This document shows positions 1-13,000 of a DNA stretch of 64,000 nt, in pieces. A model generated the notes under the pieces. That model had not been told where the DNA came from. It saw only the letters and a program-made list of their open reading frames with translations, and did not search any database. Every line of letters begins with the position of its first letter. The stretch's first letter is position 1. Source of the DNA: Botryllus schlosseri (Eukaryota); contig CM119381.1 in assembly GCA_051294905.1 (NCBI GenBank), forward strand, positions 21,576,001-21,640,000, written 5' to 3'. The position numbers and the translations under genes are program-made.

Positions 1-202
1 TCGGGTCCTGGACCGGACTATTCAAATCATGCTAAAATGTTACATTCAAATCCATGCCTTATACTTAATCGCTGGAATGCTTCATCATCAAGCCTGTATA
101 CATTTTTGCAAAGGACGGGGACCTTTAGAGTCAGAATTTATACAGCCGCACTACCACAGATATTTGCATTATATCTTTGTTCAACTATTTTATTTTCTAT
201 AT

Positions 203-1385
203 CAGTGGTTCTTAACCGGTGATACACGGAACACTAAGGTTTACTTGAGCCAGTCTCAGGGATTCCATGGAGGACAAGACACACACTCAACTTATACATA
301 TGATTTATGATGATTAGGGCGAATTATTTTACCTAAAACGGGAAATTTTCACCTATAAAATGATAATTCTGACATTTTTTAACATACAAAAACTTAATTT
401 TGAACAAATTTTGACCTCAGGTATGTAAATTAGGTGTTTTCGCACATAATGTTAGAATTGTACTACTTATCCTCATTTCTGGTTGGAACTGTGTGTCCTT
501 ACGAAGTAGTCTGGCCTGAAAAACACTCTTTCGGTCCGAAAACTGCTGCGTGTCCTATATGGTAAAAATATTTTTTTTTAAATTTTAGAATAACGAAAGG
601 TACGTTACTACATTCTCGGGTAGGAAGAGTCTGTCGTAATTAAGTAGCTTGCCAAGAATGGAGTAAGAACGTTTAACAGTAGCTGTAGTTGGCTGTCACG
701 TATGGAGTTGTGCATACAGTGCTGGTGACATACCGTATTACTTCATTCTGACAATGATGTCAACATCACAATTTTTCATCATGCGCTTTTTGATGTAAGA
801 ACCAATGCCCGCGCAGTCTTGCTTCGGTTAGAATATGGTGGTACGTTGAGCATAACACCATGACAACCTGTTTGTTTCATTTGACAATGAGTAGAGAATG
901 GGTCGTCTACAACGGTAGGCATATAGAGTGGGGTACATAGGCTGTAAAATGTAAAATTATGTGTTCACCGACAGTGCAAACATCTACGATACAAACAAAT
1001 GCAGGTTGCAAAAAAAAAATTCACTTTGTTTTACTTTTTACTTCCTTTTTTTGACCTAACGCTACAATTTTGACAGAATTCTGACTTATTTTGACGTGTC
1101 GAAGAACTCGCCCTAATGTTGATATGTCTTGGCCATCATCTTACGTTTCGACCAAACAATACGATGACATCATATTCCAAGGTTTAGCCTCGCATTTCTG
1201 AACTAGTATCAGAAAGGGAACAGCACATGTCAGGCTGATTTTTCATAAAGATTTTCTATAGCCGATTTTTCATAGTTATATATATGTGCGCTGTGATAGA
1301 TTTTTGTATTTAAGACACAACGAAAATTTTGGGGTTCCGCGAAGGCTTGCAGATTAGCGTAATTGTTTCCTGCTGGTATAAATAA
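203..1385 (+). mobile_element. Charlie-type hAT MITE remnant, interrupted by a nested hAT element
   Basis: Left end CAGTGGTTCTTAACC. Same family as 16664-18480 (shared GACACACACTCAACT and CGCGAAGGC-TGCAGATTAGCGTAATTG blocks). The right end is degenerate and approximate. Confidence 0.6.
315..1115. mobile_element. Non-autonomous hAT element (TAGGGCGA termini)
   Basis: TIR TAGGGCGA/TCGCCCTA; TSD ATGATGAT/ATGTTGAT (7/8); partial second copy at about 13910-14279. Confidence 0.75.
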
Positions 1386-1466
1386 CTTGCATATAACGGT
1401 TTCGCGTTGGCCCTTTCACCTGTCTGTATACATACCTTTTTGAATAGTATATTCATATTAAAATGA

Positions 1467-1500
1467 ACCCGAATATTTTCGGCTGACACTCGTCAGGGGT
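1467..1500 (-). ncRNA. Mirror-image copy of the minimal hammerhead motif
   Basis: Exact reverse complement of 1607-1640 inside the palindrome. Confidence 0.75.
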
Positions 1501-1606
1501 AATCGTCAGCAACTAGTAGAGAATTCGAAAGAACAGCGTATATCAACAATAGTACGATTGTTGATATACGCTGTTCTTTCGAATTCTCTACTAGTTGCTG
1601 ACGATT

Positions 1607-1640
1607 ACCCCTGACGAGTGTCAGCCGAAAATATTCGGGT
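1607..1640 (+). ncRNA. Minimal type-I hammerhead ribozyme motif (Penelope-like element type)
   Basis: ACCC-CTGACGA-G(TGTCAGC)C-GAAA-ATAT-TC-GGGT: helix I ACCC/GGGT, core CUGANGA, G-C helix II, GAAA, palindromic AATATT helix III, UUC cleavage triplet. Confidence 0.78.
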
Positions 1641-1986
1641 TCATTTTAATATGAATATACTATTCAATTGTATATTGAAGTTCTGTACCTCAAAGAAGCT
1701 GTTCACATACCTTTTTGTCCATTTTCCAGAAAACTCCGAACTGAGTGTTGACTTTTTGCCTTTTCGGCATTTGGTATCGATGTCACCTACTTATCACTAA
1801 CGATGACTAGAGTTAAAAGGCAATACGATCGCCGAATGGTCATAATGTGCGGCATCCAAGCATGTTGATGTATAAAATTTGCTGTCTTCTGGCTTTATAG
1901 TAAAAGTATTAGTATAGTAAAAGTATGCTTATCGTATAATATCAACATATTTAAAAGAAATGTTCTGGATAATAGCATATTACAAG

Positions 1987-2336
1987 TAGGCTTACCATAT
2001 TTTGGAAATCAAAAAAGAGGACACTTTTTCAGAAATTTGCAACTTGTAGATCCGGAGTGAAATTCTCAAAAATCGGTTAATTTTTCCCACTTTGTGATCG
2101 GTTGACTAAAAAAAAAAAAAAGTCATCTTTTCGCTTAGAGCTAAAATCACCGTTTTTAACCCGTCGGAGCTTCACGTCTGTGCTAATATGTGGCATATCA
2201 CTCGCAATTTGCTCTAAATCCTAAAAAAGAGGACAAAATCTCAAAAAAGAGGACAAAAGGGCGTCCTCCGAGGACACTTTCAAAAAAGTCAAAAAAGAGG
2301 ACAAATCCTCTTAAAAGAGGACGTATGGTAAGCCTA
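1987..2336. mobile_element. hAT (Blackjack-like) MITE, 350 bp
   Basis: TIR TAGGCTTACCATA/TATGGTAAGCCTA; perfect TSD ATTACAAG; AAAAGAGGAC subterminal repeats; copies at 38359-38708 and 46822-47555. Confidence 0.9.
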
Positions 2337-3810
2337 ATTACAAGCATATTTTCATTTACTAAGAATGGCATGATAGGCTGGATGAAATCGCCTGGCACCC
2401 TTCTCTATACGATATAGGCAATCGAGGCGAATTTAATTCTTTAACCGTGAAAGTTGGTTACAAAATAAAGGATCTACGAGACTATTACCAATGGCATCTC
2501 GTGTGTCGACTGTCGAGATCGCTTAGTGAACCATACTATTTTCCCAACTAAGCTTGGGACTGGATAAATCCTATCAGCACGCTAAATGCTACTTCATGCA
2601 CGATGCAAACGTGTGTCATCCTCTCCCGATCCAGTCACATGCGCCGCTCTCCTTTTCATAAAGGATATATTAACTCGTCATGCACAATGAACTAGGTAGG
2701 ATTCTTGTATAACTACCGACGTTCTGGAGCGGTATCATTTAGTCTCGTTCTCTACTGGTCTCTTGCATGGATTGTGGCAGACATTTTCGATGTAATAGGC
2801 CAATACACGGTTCCGTAATTACTGGTGATTTCTAGAGGAGCATGACTTGCAATGCAGTCAGGTTTATATCACACCTAACAGCCGAAATGGCGTGAAGTTA
2901 ATTTTGGGATATGGGTGTCGAAATAAATAGCGAGTCTTTTTTAAATCATGACTTGCGGTTTGTATATTCGTGAGTCCTGCAAACTTCGTGTACAGTGACC
3001 GTCTTCCGGACGGGCACTCAAGATAATGTCGAAGCCACGATAATAATACCAATGCCATCGAGTATTAAAGTGTAATGCATATATGCTTTCTTAATATATA
3101 TTGTCTTCCTCTTTTCACACTTCCCCTTCGTATCCATGAAATAGTCGCATCATTGATTAAATTTCACCTCGAGGTAAATCATAACATCTCTGTCCGATTC
3201 ACATTGACACAAGATGTTTTGATACGGAAAAGCTGCGATTGGATATCATATACAAGGCTAGATTTATGTCACAGAAACGTAGCCCTTCATACCTCCTGCC
3301 CTACATAGACAGGGATAGCCGAAGTACAGACCATATAGCTAGAGACAGACTGAATGTAGGCCAATAGATGATTAAGACAGGGAGTGATCCACATAGAAAA
3401 GTATCACCGTTACCGAAAGATTGACGAGTCTAGAACGCGACTGCACGCACTGTTGCGCGAAGTGACCACATAGTATTCTACGCGTGTGAAGATTGCATGG
3501 GGATGTTAACACTCGTTTCAAATGACCCGCCGATTATTGAAGTTAGTTTCGCATGGCGGAGCCACGAAATATGCGGGGTAAAATACGTCGTAGGGTTAGA
3601 CAATAAAGTGTGGGAACCACCAGAGGTTAGTTGCTAGATGCAAGAGTACATCTGAAGTAAAACTGGGAGTCGCCGTATTCCAAAACAGAGCTATCGGCGG
3701 AGTGTGGCATCCTTTGTCAAGACATTGAGGTGGCGAATTCCCTGAGTGTGTCCTGCATGTGGTTGATATACAATGTTCTTTCCAATTCTTTACTATAGCT
3801 GCTGGCGATT

Positions 3811-3844
3811 GCCCCTGACGAGTGTAAGCCGAAAATAATTGGGT
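3811..3844 (+). ncRNA. Diverged minimal hammerhead motif upstream of the gene A ATG
   Basis: GCCC-CTGACGA-G(TGTAAGC)C-GAAA-ATAA-TT-GGGT: core intact, helix III palindrome broken (AATAAT). Confidence 0.65.
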
Positions 3845-3969
3845 TCATTTCAATATGAATACACTATTTAATTGTATAATGAAGTTTTCTACGTCCAAGG
3901 ATCTCTTCAAATGTTGTGACCTAACATATTAAATACGTGCGTACATTATGTCTTTCCGAGGCACGCGTA

Positions 3970-4045
3970 ATGGCTGTAAAATATTATATAGCTTTACTCC
4001 TCTTTCTATTCGGATTACTACCAAAAGCGACTCCTCTTGATGACC
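3970..4045 (+). CDS. Gene A exon 1: signal peptide
   Basis: [25 protein letters not shown] (basic n-region, hydrophobic core), phase-1 donor GTGAGT. The paralog exon at 49199 is conserved. Confidence 0.88.
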
Positions 4046-7000
4046 GTGAGTATTTGTATTTGTATTAATTTTGATTGCGACCACTTCGCTAAAGGTGTCG
4101 GTAGGCTGGACCACATCATGTATTCGTGTCAAAAATGTCATTTTCCCGTGATGTCAAATAGACATATACATTTCCTATTTTACTGCTGATAATAGCACTA
4201 TAGCGGGGTGATCAGCCAGTTAGGACTGACGAGCCGCAATTTGTTTATATCAGAGGTAGGGAACTTATGGCCCGCGAGCCATATATGGCTCTTTTGATGA
4301 TTAAATATGGCTCTTTGATAAAATTCAATTTGCAACATTATTTAAATCTTATTTATTATTGTTGCCGCAAGATTTTGATATATTTTCAGAACGACTGGCA
4401 TCAGTATTGTTGTGGTTGATGAGACAAATGTTATGAGGTCAAGACAGTGACGCGTCCTGCCAGGGAGAGGAGCTCAAAACCTCAAAATCTTGAATCTTTC
4501 GTCATATATTGTCAGCCCAATTCAACGGATTTTCCGATAATAGTGCAAACACCCTACCTTCAAGTTATTTAGTGGAGTAGACCGGACAAATCGATACGAA
4601 GTTTACATAATGACAAAAACAAAGTTGCTGTCAATATCTTATGCAATATCATAATTCCCTGTACCCAATATTGCACGCCTAGAAAACTTGGATTGTACAA
4701 TGCGCTGATTAATCAGGGAGAAAAGCAGACGTGGCGTCGCCTGCATGATTATGGCTAAGCCGAATTGTCCTTTGATAAAATGTCGTTTTTCATTATATTT
4801 CATGCTCATTGCTCAAACGTCGCACAACCGGTGATTAGTGCGGGCTTTAAAACATCACATATGTATACACAGAAATATGGCGCACACAACGAATCACATG
4901 TAGTGAACATCGATTTCGTTCCAACATGACGTCGCTAGTATCAAATTGTGACGTAACACTCTATTGGACTCATTTTGTGGCTCTTTCAGATTTCGAATTG
5001 AAAATATGGGGTTAATCTGGTTCTATTGACGAAAAAAGTTCCCGACCCCTGGTTTATATGGTAAAGAATCGCTACATACATATGGGAGTACAGAAATAGC
5101 ATCTCCTATCTCTATCATAAACTCTGACCGCTCATTACTCGGATTTGGTGAAAATGTGGAATAATCAATTGTCCATGTTGGTAATTACTTATTTCATGGA
5201 TGAAAATTTCCCACAGGATCGTAACGTCAAGGAAGGATCGTGACGTAGCGAATAAACATGACGTTACATTCACCAAGTCTGAAATATAGTGACGAGAGTC
5301 AGGAGCTTCTGCCATTATGCAAAACCAGGCCCAGGGGCAGGCGACATCTCCAGTCGGCGGGCCGAATTACTGAATTGATACATTAATAGCGGATTCATCC
5401 GCCTATATACATGAAATAAATTGCATTGAATATAAACTTAAGTTTAAAGCATAGAGCACAGAATCAGTATTCAATTAATTTATTAACGCCACGTGGTCGA
5501 TGAAAGCTCAGTACAGACTGCACGAGCGAAAATGTTTTATCGCAAACGTATGTAGAATTGTAGACCCGCGTGCTACATTATCATGTAAGACCTGAAAGCG
5601 TCTGCGGGCCGCTCAAAATCCCGTCGCGGGCCGCATGTTGCCCGCCCCTGAACAGCCTATGAACACCAAAATTCTCCTCTCATTTTTGCTTAGCCATGAC
5701 CTTTCTCGTGGCATTAAGACATTTTCGTTTGTCTAACGTAAATCTTTAAATGCGAATATGCCGGTATGAAATCGTCGTTATTCAAAGACAAATCTATTTC
5801 AGCCCGATTATTGTAGTAATAAGTCAAGCCTATAAGCTATCAATCAATGACCTCGATATGTTGAAAATGATTTCCATTGTGCGAAGATACTGCATGCCGC
5901 TATAGTAAATTCGTATATTCTGTATCGGCAATATTTCGGTAATTTGTTCGCGGCAGCGAACTTGAATTTTCTATTTAGTTAATGTCGGACGATACTCTTC
6001 ATGACACCGAAATAAAATGCCTTATATATTTTCGGATCAATGTAGAGAACATAGACTTTTAGAGTATTAGGGATACGCGGCCTTTGTCACAATCTTAGAA
6101 TAGAGAAGAAGTATACTATAATTATAATTGGATACACCGCGTTGTGACAACTGAAAATACACAATTCATAGCTTTGACGCCAAGAGAAGCACAAAGCGTC
6201 GAAAAGAGCTGCGGTTAGGCTAGGCCTATTGTTCTGTAACTTTCTACAAATCACTAGCAACATACCTGCTTAAATCGTCAGTTACAGTAGAATGCATGAT
6301 AGACACATCCTTTTTCGATATTCAAAATAAGAATAACTTAACGATGTACCGCATGATGTGTCTCAACAGCTTGCAATGGAACAGAAGTCGTCGTCAACGG
6401 AACAAGTGGATCGATTTCATCCCCAAATTACCCGGACCTCTACGAAAACAACATGTTTTGCCGCTGGAGAATAAGTGCTTCGAACAACACGGTGTGGATA
6501 CGATGTGCAATGTGCATTGTGCATGCATATAGCATGTGATAAATAACACGTTGTTGTGCAGTAGGGGGTATATTAAAACCAAACCTGGTTTGACCTTATC
6601 GGGACCGTGCCATGACATCACTATATCGACTCGGGGGTCAGAATAAATTGGCCGAAATTAGTGAATGGATGATATATATTGGGGAATCCGGCCGTACGGT
6701 CGTTAGACTGCCAAATGATTCTAAGCCTCAAATTTTCCTTTTGTTCAACCGGCGCCTGCCGGCTCAACTTTTTCCAACTACATGTTACCGACATTCTGTA
6801 TTTAGAGGATAGAGGTGAAGTTCGAATCCTTATTTCAAGTCGAACCAACCAGTGCCAGTGGTTGCTATGACTATATTGAGTTCGCGGAAGTAAACAAGGT
6901 GCGTTATAAAAGTATATCTAAGTAATCAATTTTCAAGCCTCAGATATTGCGTTTGCATGTACACCAATATAGGAACTTTGCGGACTAACGGCTCCGCGGG

Positions 7001-10000
7001 GTTTCATCACGCCGAGCAATATGCTTTCGATATCATTTTTTACTGACGAATCTTTTACGTTGCGTGGCTATTCGTTCAACTGGACTGCGATCGGTGGGTA
7101 GTTGCTGTATATCGGAATTTGTGTTACGTTGTGAGGAACTTTGCAACACTTAATTAATAGCATGTAATAGACGATTAATAAGCCTTCAACTACGATTACT
7201 TTGTATCAGGGGATAGCGAAGTGCAGTTAATTAATTGACAATGTTATGCTGTCTCTCAGAATAAACAGTGGAAATTTGCCATACGGTTTTTGCCAGTTAT
7301 GCTGAAAATATTTTCTCTCCTTGTTACGTTTTGACTGGCTTCAAGGCCTTAAGCGCACAACCAGACTTGTACAAACTACTGGATTTTCAAAATGCACAAC
7401 TATAACTAGAACTAGAACTGCTCACGATCGAAGACATGACACGTTCTTGTCTATAGCTGATGTTGGTTATGTTTCATGTTTAATTACCGCCCGCGAAATG
7501 AATACTGCTGCTCGCTCCCAATTGATGCGCGAGATGGATGGAGAGATAGGCTCTATCAGTAGTAAAATGGTGTTTAGATGCATCACTGTTACCGGAACCA
7601 GTAACTACATATATCCACGGAGATTTCGGTCAAATTACCTCTCCCAACTACCCTAACGAATACGGCGATTTTCTGGAATATACTTGGATCATTAACGGAT
7701 CGTCCGGAAAGGTATATATGGTTTCGTAAATTCGCAATCAAAAGAAGGCTACATGATGATCACATTACGTGCATGAAATGAGACTTTCGGATCAAATGAT
7801 ATGACGATTATCACATGTATTTTATTCCACAATACAGAGTATGTTGGTGGAATTCGAACCGATTCTGGACATGCAAGAAAATCCTGGATGTATCAATGAC
7901 TACCTCGTTATCTCCGAAGGCTTGTCACCACCGAGCTCTATGGTAACGCCGCATGCCGGATTGAATGTGGACGAGTTTGACTAATTCTAATTGGTATTTC
8001 TTATTAGGATTATCAAGTCGTCATTTGCGGGTATACTTCACCGAAGGTATTTTTCTTTGACGACATCTACATCGTGTTCAAAACTGACTCCTCTATCGGC
8101 GGTGTTGGATTTTCATTGAACTTCTCTGCTGTTGGTAAGAATAGTTTTTCATTTTAGACACTTAAAGGCACTCCCTCACGCGTCTCCCCTAACCGCATGT
8201 CACTCCGCCCAGCGTAGTTATTTCAATCGAGCAGCTCATCTTGAAGTTATTCTGGAATAATGGTTGGGTATATCGCAGGAGAAAATGGATTATTGCAAAC
8301 AATTATTTTCCAAAACTCTAACAAAACCTCTCTAAACAGCAATATGTTTGGATCAGTAGACTATTGGCAATTAAAATGAGTTTGCGCGTGGAATATTTCA
8401 TCTCAGACGACCATTCCGTTTATGTGAGTTCGGAATTTCTAGCAGTTATGAAGCGAAACTGCCTAGTGGTTTCTCTTATTGAAAAATTCAAATTTCGTTA
8501 ACACTAACAACCACTTTGCAAATCTGGGTGTTTCGAGGACCCCCTGAACATGCTTCGCAGACTCCCGATTGAGAACCACTGCTATATACCGTGTTCAAAC
8601 TCTTCCCTTGCTATAGCTTCGGGAATGAGCAACGGACATGCTTCCAACTTCAATATATTCCAGAACCGTCGAATTCCCGAAGCACACTTACTTTTTAAAA
8701 CGCTGTGATCGTATTTTATTGCTGTAGACGAACCTACATGCAATGGCGTAACCCAACAAAACGGGTCATCTGGACATATTTCCACGCCGCTATACCCGAA
8801 TAAATACGCCCAATACATGGACTGTGAATGGCAAGTGGAAACCGCGGAAAATACGGTAAATTAGAATGCAGTACCGCAGATGTAAACAGTAAATTTCACA
8901 AAACCAAAAGTTATATATACATATTCGTACTGTAAACACTGTTTTGTTCAGGTCATCGCAGTGCGCTTCAACACAGACTTCTCAATTTTGTCCTTCGGCT
9001 GCTCCTTTGACTATCTTCAAGTATTTGACGGCACGAATTCGTCCTCCATACAAGTGAGTATGTAGAGGCGTTTAATCGGCAAATTACCGGACACGCACCG
9101 GGGATGACGCCAAAATAAGTGCGCCTGCGCCCTATGCCGCACAATTGTAAACACGTCACAAGGAGCGAATCGGCAACTCACTGGTAAAATTACCTACTTC
9201 TGATTTTGTTGGAGATATCTTACCGTCAGACGCGTGTATCCGAGATGTATCGCAATCAAAATTCTGAATTTTACCATCGGATCAAAGCCCATGCATCCAT
9301 ACTATAAGAGTCCGGGTTTCGCCGAAACTCACACGAATATTGAAGCCATGCGCCATGAACTCCAATCCGGTTCCGTGAAATTTGTAAATTCGAATCCGAT
9401 CGACCAGAATTCGTCACATCAAACCCCATGCTATTCCCACTCTATCACAGGGGAGTGACAGTTGGCAGTGTATTGTACAAAGTGTATGCACACATATAAC
9501 CTAAGAACGGCCTGAATACGCTCGGTTGAGCACAACCCGGACCGAACCCGACATATGACATTGCAGCCGAAAGTCAAGTGAAAATTTAATATCGATGATG
9601 AGTGGTTTGAGAATGCGGGAAGCTTAAAGCCTGAAATATTTTCCAATGTTGATGCAACTCGGCAGGATTCCCGCCTCCAGTCAGGCGGATCGCGGAACTT
9701 GGTAATAGCCCGCATTCACAATTCGCATTCACAGACACTTGTGTGAAGTCACGCATGACGCAGTCCTGCATCCAGATTTTACGGCCTTGCAACTCAGCTC
9801 GCCCTGACGAATACAAGCCAACAGCCTGGTTGCCAGTAAGTAACACATGGTAAAGTACGTAATTTTTCCAGTTCCAACATAACTTTTGTGGCGAACGAGC
9901 GCCGCGATCATTCGTCACAACTGGAAATCACCTTTATGTTCGCTTCGTGACTGCTGACATCAACAACGACAATTTCGGGTTCTCGATAAAGTGGGAGGCT

Positions 10001-13000
10001 GAAGGTACGCGGTGATACGGCAAAAATACAAAGACACTCGCAACCGATACATTTTCGTTCTAGTGAAGTGTGACGCCAACCAGTTCACGTGCTGGGACGG
10101 TACATGCATCTCAGATTCTTTGAAATGTGACGGTCAAGAAGACTGCCCAAAGGATATTGCAGACGAAGCCTCTTGTGAGTACATCTGCAGTTTGATCTCC
10201 GTATAAACAGATCACTGAAGCCTATATAGTTTGAATGCTGATATTATAGGACTAACATTAGACAAATGTGGAATCAGAGAATGGTCCGTAAAGAAGTACT
10301 TCTACTGTTTCGCTTACTTGCTCCACTTCCTCAAGTGGTTATGATGTTGGAGTACTTCTGCTTCAGAAATTTACGACATTACTTCTTCTACTTGAGTACA
10401 AACGGTGACTACTTTGCCCAGCTCGACTAAAACTCTATATCAGTGGTTCTCAACCTTTTATGTCTTCGTGGACCCCTTTTGCGCCGACAAGGACCCTGCG
10501 GACCCCACAAGTTTTCGTTCAAATTTAGCTCCATTAAAGCTAGTGACAACAACAAATTATCATCACACTATTTATGTGGAAATTGGGTAGACGGTAGCGA
10601 ATTCTCAAGCTGCATTTCTTGAAATATGTGGCAGCGTCTTGAAAATCCGCGCCTTCGATTTGATATGAACGAGCGTCGGACATTTTTTTCTACAGATATA
10701 GGTGATGGCGAATGGCATAATAACGAGCGCCGACGACCTCTTTGAGTATGATCGCAGCATATATACCACCAAAATTGAAACTCCGATTTTTTCTGAACAT
10801 ATCACGTCCATCCTAGTCATTTTCATCTAGCAGCACATTTTGAAGTTGTCCTGGGATAGTGCTGGTTATGTATATCACAGGAAAATGGATTTTCGCAAAA
10901 TATTTAAAGTCACGCTGATTGACCTTACTATTCCAACTTTTAAAAAAAATTCCTCAAATCCCAACAAAACATCTCCAATCGGCAATATGTTTGTATCAGT
11001 AGGCTATGGGCAATTTGGCAATTGAAATGAGTTTTAACAGTAAGATATTTCATCTCAGACGGCCATTATGTTGATGTGAGTCATGAAGTTGCAGCTGTAA
11101 TGAAGCAAAATTGCTTGGTAATAATCAATCATTTGAAAGTTGAGAGGTTTCGCGGACCCCCGTGAAAATGCTTCGGGGACCCCCGGTTGAGAACCACTGC
11201 TCTATCTCGAGGTTGATGATTCTTTTCAATGGAAATATGTAAACTCTAAGCCAGTTGTTCCCAACGTGAGCTATATCGCCCCCAACTGGGCGATTTTGAA
11301 CAAAGAAGGGGGCGAAAATACCAAAAAGGGTCCACTAGGATATATTTAATTTACACGGCCAACCAAAACGCACGTGCAGACAGCTTTGTCTGCATATGAC
11401 GCGAATGTTGACTAAAAAAAGGTCAACTCAACGGAAACTACTCGAACAATAACCCTTTTTCAGATAATTCAACAGCGATCAGAGTTATGTGAATATATTT
11501 CCCGTTTGTATGTCCTCTTTTCCAGACGCATAGATATGGGGGGCGAATATTTGTGTCGAGCTTGATATGGGGGCGATGATTCGAAAAAGGTTGCGAACCA
11601 CTGCTCTAAGCAAAAAGAGCGTGTATCCACACCGAAATGTTAGTACGCTAACACGAATACAGAACCTAACTCAAAATCATATCGCAGTCATAAATCCTAC
11701 GTAAACCACGCGCATACCTTACCTTATTTGGATTGAAATATTGTACTCGATTCATAACGCAGTGTAAGTTTGAATTAGGTTATGGTTCCATGTGTTATGG
11801 GAGTATATTCACATCCGTATATGGTGGTACACGGCTGGAGATTCAAACACTTTTCGCTGAGATCGTATAGTTTCTTACTCTTCACGTAGAAAGAGCTATT
11901 TTCGTCCCCATTCACATTAGACCAAATTCAAAACCCAATTCGGCGTTGTTAGTGAGTCCAAGGGGTGTATTCCGCAATGTGAAATGTTACAATATAATAA
12001 TTGGAGAGCTTCGTGGAGTTAGAGAATTTCGATAACTGGTATAAATCATTATGTACTGCCGAAATGTACTATTTATGAATACGTCGTGAACTCTCGGAGT
12101 AAAGACTTTGTTCTGTGACCAAAATTCACCCAGATATGTGGTTAAAGATGTATAAAATGCCTATCTCGGTTGATTTACCACACTAACAATGGCGAGATAT
12201 ACGAAGAGATCGATCGTAGTTCATGTTCTCTTTCCCCACTCATTCGAAGCTTGATTGAAATATTCGAACGCGTCCACGCCCCGCGCACTCGCGAGTGGGC
12301 TGCAATAATTTTGCAATATGGTTCAACTCTGGTACAAGTTCATGAGTAAATGAGCGATGTGTTCGACGTCGGATATTTAAACATGCAGATTGTAGCGTTG
12401 GCACTGCGATATAATTGTTCAAATCTCCAATCATAGGTATAATAAGTTTAGAGAAAAGATGTGCAGACCGACAAAGTTTTTTTCAAGCAAATGCCGTTAC
12501 AATAATCGCGTTTAGGTCCTATCGCGGATTCAGAGCAATGCGGCATTTCGGAAATCTCACCGGAGTACAAATGGGTAAGATATTGTGATTTTCTGCCATC
12601 ACATTCTATTATCTCCAACTGCTTTTAATAGGACAAATCCATGCAGACATGCCACAATACAAAACTATTGTACGCCTACAAAGACTTATTCAAAACAAAA
12701 ATAAAGTAGGCTAGTATCCAATTTATGTGCCTATTTCGAAACGATCCATCATGTTCAGATTGTTCACTCTCCAATCTCCGAAATAGTATAGTTGAATAGT
12801 AATGTATAGTGAACACCAGTCAGGAATCTTCGCGCTACACCGTGCGCATAAACAGCCCTTTGAACTCCGGTGCCATCACGGAAGTTGTAGACTCGAAGAC
12901 CCGTGGTAGCCAACGTATTGTGTATTGTATAGTTTAGTCTCTAGCAACATTTAACTAAGTCGGATCACGACACGATTCACTTACCTTACACACCAAATAA

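Larger units (their letters stand above)
1440..1667. repeat. 228-bp near-perfect palindrome
   Basis: Arms 1440-1550 and 1557-1667 are exact reverse complements; centre aGTACg. Confidence 0.97.
1442..1704 (+). mobile_element. Short Penelope-like (pLTR-type) insertion with 5' inversion
   Basis: 12-bp direct repeat ACATACCTTTTT at 1430-1441 and 1705-1716, 111-bp perfect inverted arms, hammerhead motifs. Homologous diverged copy at about 3762-3897. Confidence 0.7.
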
